Assembly: GCA_963850305.1 (NCBI GenBank)
Contig: CAWKKR010000001.1
Span: forward strand, 160,001-224,000
Origin: an uncultured delta proteobacterium
GTDB taxonomy: Bacteria > Myxococcota_A > Polyangia > Polyangiales > Polyangiaceae
DNA length: 64,000 nucleotides
Direction of reading: 5' to 3'
Shown here: positions 62,576 to 64,000 of the stretch, piece after piece
How the letters are laid out: each line of letters opens with the position of its first letter
How positions within the stretch are numbered: position 1 is the first letter of the stretch
Program-made: the position numbers and the translations under genes
Notes under the pieces: model-generated
Database searches by the model: none
Told to the model about the DNA's origin: nothing
The model's input: only the letters and a program-made list of their open reading frames with translations

Positions 62576-63499
62576 GTGCAACGATACGCCGGGATCTCGT
62601 GGATTCTGATGACAGCGCTGGCTGCCGTTCTCCTCGTGCTCTCCTCGAGCTCTTCCGCATGCGCGGCGCCGGTCCTCGACCCGCCGGACCGCACCGAGCC
62701 CACGCCCGCGTATCTCGACGGGGTCGGGATCCAGGAGCACCTGTCATCGCCGCTGCCCCTCGGGCTCGAGTTCCGGGACGAGAGCGGAGCGACCGTTCAC
62801 CTCGCCGACTACTTCGACGAACAGCACCCCGTGATCCTGACGTTGAACTATTCACACTGCCCGATGCTGTGCAGCCTCGAGCTCAACGGACTCGTGAACG
62901 GCCTCAAGGACCTCAAGTGGACGGCGGGCAAGGAATTTCGCATGGTGACGGTCAGCCTCGATCCAACCGAGACGCCGGACATCGCTCGAGGGACGCGGCA
63001 GCGCTACCTGCGGAACTACGGTCGGCCCGAGGCCGCCCAGGGCTGGCACTTTCTGACGGGCACCGACGCGAACATCCACGCGCTCGCCCGGGCCATCGGC
63101 TTTGGCTACCGGTACGACACGAAGGCAAAGCAATATTATCACGCCGCGGCGCTCGTCCTCGCCACGCCGAAGGGCACCCTGGCGCGGTACCTGTACGGCA
63201 TTCGCTTCACGCCGGAGACCCTGCGGCTCGGTCTCGTCGAGTCGTCGCAGGGCGAGATCGGCACGACAATCGACGCCCTCATCCTCTATTGCTGCGCTTA
63301 CAACCCGGCGGAGGGCAGCTACGCAGCCGTCGCCAACCGGGTGATGAACCTCCTCGCCGTCGCGGTCCTCGTCGCGTTGGTCGCGATGCTCAGCATCCTC
63401 TGGCTCGCGGAGATCCGGAAGAAGCGGCGAGCGGACGCCCTCGTGCACGGAGGCGGAGGTTCGAAGGTCACTCCGGAAGAACGACGGGGCGGCGCATGA
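62576..63499 (+). CDS. SCO/SenC-family copper chaperone
   Basis: CPMLC (CxxxC), VSLDP.ET, WHFLTG, conserved His (YYHAA), RYLYG; C-terminal TM. Confidence 0.9.
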   Translation: MQRYAGISWILMTALAAVLLVLSSSSSACAAPVLDPPDRTEPTPAYLDGVGIQEHLSSPLPLGLEFRDESGATVHLADYFDEQHPVILTLNYSHCPMLCSLELNGLVNGLKDLKWTAGKEFRMVTVSLDPTETPDIARGTRQRYLRNYGRPEAAQGWHFLTGTDANIHALARAIGFGYRYDTKAKQYYHAAALVLATPKGTLARYLYGIRFTPETLRLGLVESSQGEIGTTIDALILYCCAYNPAEGSYAAVANRVMNLLAVAVLVALVAMLSILWLAEIRKKRRADALVHGGGGSKVTPEERRGGA

Positions 63500-63511
63500 A
63501 GGCGCGACCCG

Positions 63512-64000
63512 TCATCGAATCGGCGACGTCGTCACTGACGCGATGCGCTCGGCAATCCGCATCCCGTCCATCGCCGCGCTCATGATGCCGCCGGCGTAGC
63601 CCGCACCTTCACCAGCAGGGTAGAGCCCGCGCAGATCGGGTGACTCGAGCGTCTCCGGGTCACGCGGGACCCGCACGGGGGAGCTCGTCCGGGATTCGAC
63701 ACCGACGAGCACGGCGTCCTCCGTGAGGTAGCCCCGAACACGCTGACCGAAGACGCGGAGGGCCGCTCGCAATCGCGACGCGAGCGGAAGTCCGCCCGCG
63801 TCGAGGACGTCCGCGACGTTCGCCGCCGTGAGGCCGGGGATGTAACTCGACCGCGGCACGGTCGTGGACGCGCGGCCCTCGAGGAAATCGGTCACGCGAG
63901 TCGCGGGGGCACGGAGCATGCCGCCGCCGGCCGCGAGCGCCACGCCCTCGATGCGTCTCTGGAGCTCGACGCCGCCGAGGACGTGCCGGTAACCCGCGCG
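63512..64000 (-). CDS. FAD-dependent oxidoreductase (uncharacterised family), 3' end only
   Basis: ESRTSSPVRVPRD and GLYPAGEGAGYAGGIMSAAMDG; the gene runs in from the window edge. Confidence 0.88.
   Translation of the reverse strand, partial: RAGYRHVLGGVELQRRIEGVALAAGGGMLRAPATRVTDFLEGRASTTVPRSSYIPGLTAANVADVLDAGGLPLASRLRAALRVFGQRVRGYLTEDAVLVGVESRTSSPVRVPRDPETLESPDLRGLYPAGEGAGYAGGIMSAAMDGMRIAERIASVTTSPIR

Overview
High-GC bacterial chromosomal window, most likely Myxococcota (Polyangiaceae/Sorangium-like). This assignment is inferred from the HRDVSPQN-type Ser/Thr kinase with a TPR-like partner, the DUF4388-J protein and the Cys-rich CGGxGQPCC lipoprotein. Most of the window is housekeeping: ddl, dCMP deaminase, hisZ-purA, obgE, prs-rplY-pth-rpsF-rpsR-rplI-dnaB with an S6:S18 leader RNA, a 2-oxoacid dehydrogenase E1a/E1b/E2 cluster with lipA, mtnA, gatB, a partial complex I cluster (nuoABCD-G-H-I), class I fumarase, mutY and aceE. 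Two accessory blocks stand out. The first (10.4-19.7 kb) is a glycan-tailoring cluster: GT2 + DUF2304, methyltransferase, two GT-C-like membrane proteins, and a deacetylase-GNAT-flavoenzyme operon. The second (52.8-57.9 kb) has an HTTM membrane protein, an alpha/beta hydrolase and an 862-aa Cys-rich repeat lipoprotein. Other oddities are a NuoH with a ~145-aa hydrophobic insertion and a 128-nt palindromic intergenic element after nuoI. At least six single-base frameshifts and one apparent stop loss, some in essential genes, point to sequencing or assembly errors. No tRNA, rRNA, CRISPR array, integrase or transposase was found. All family calls come from motif recognition by eye, not database searches.
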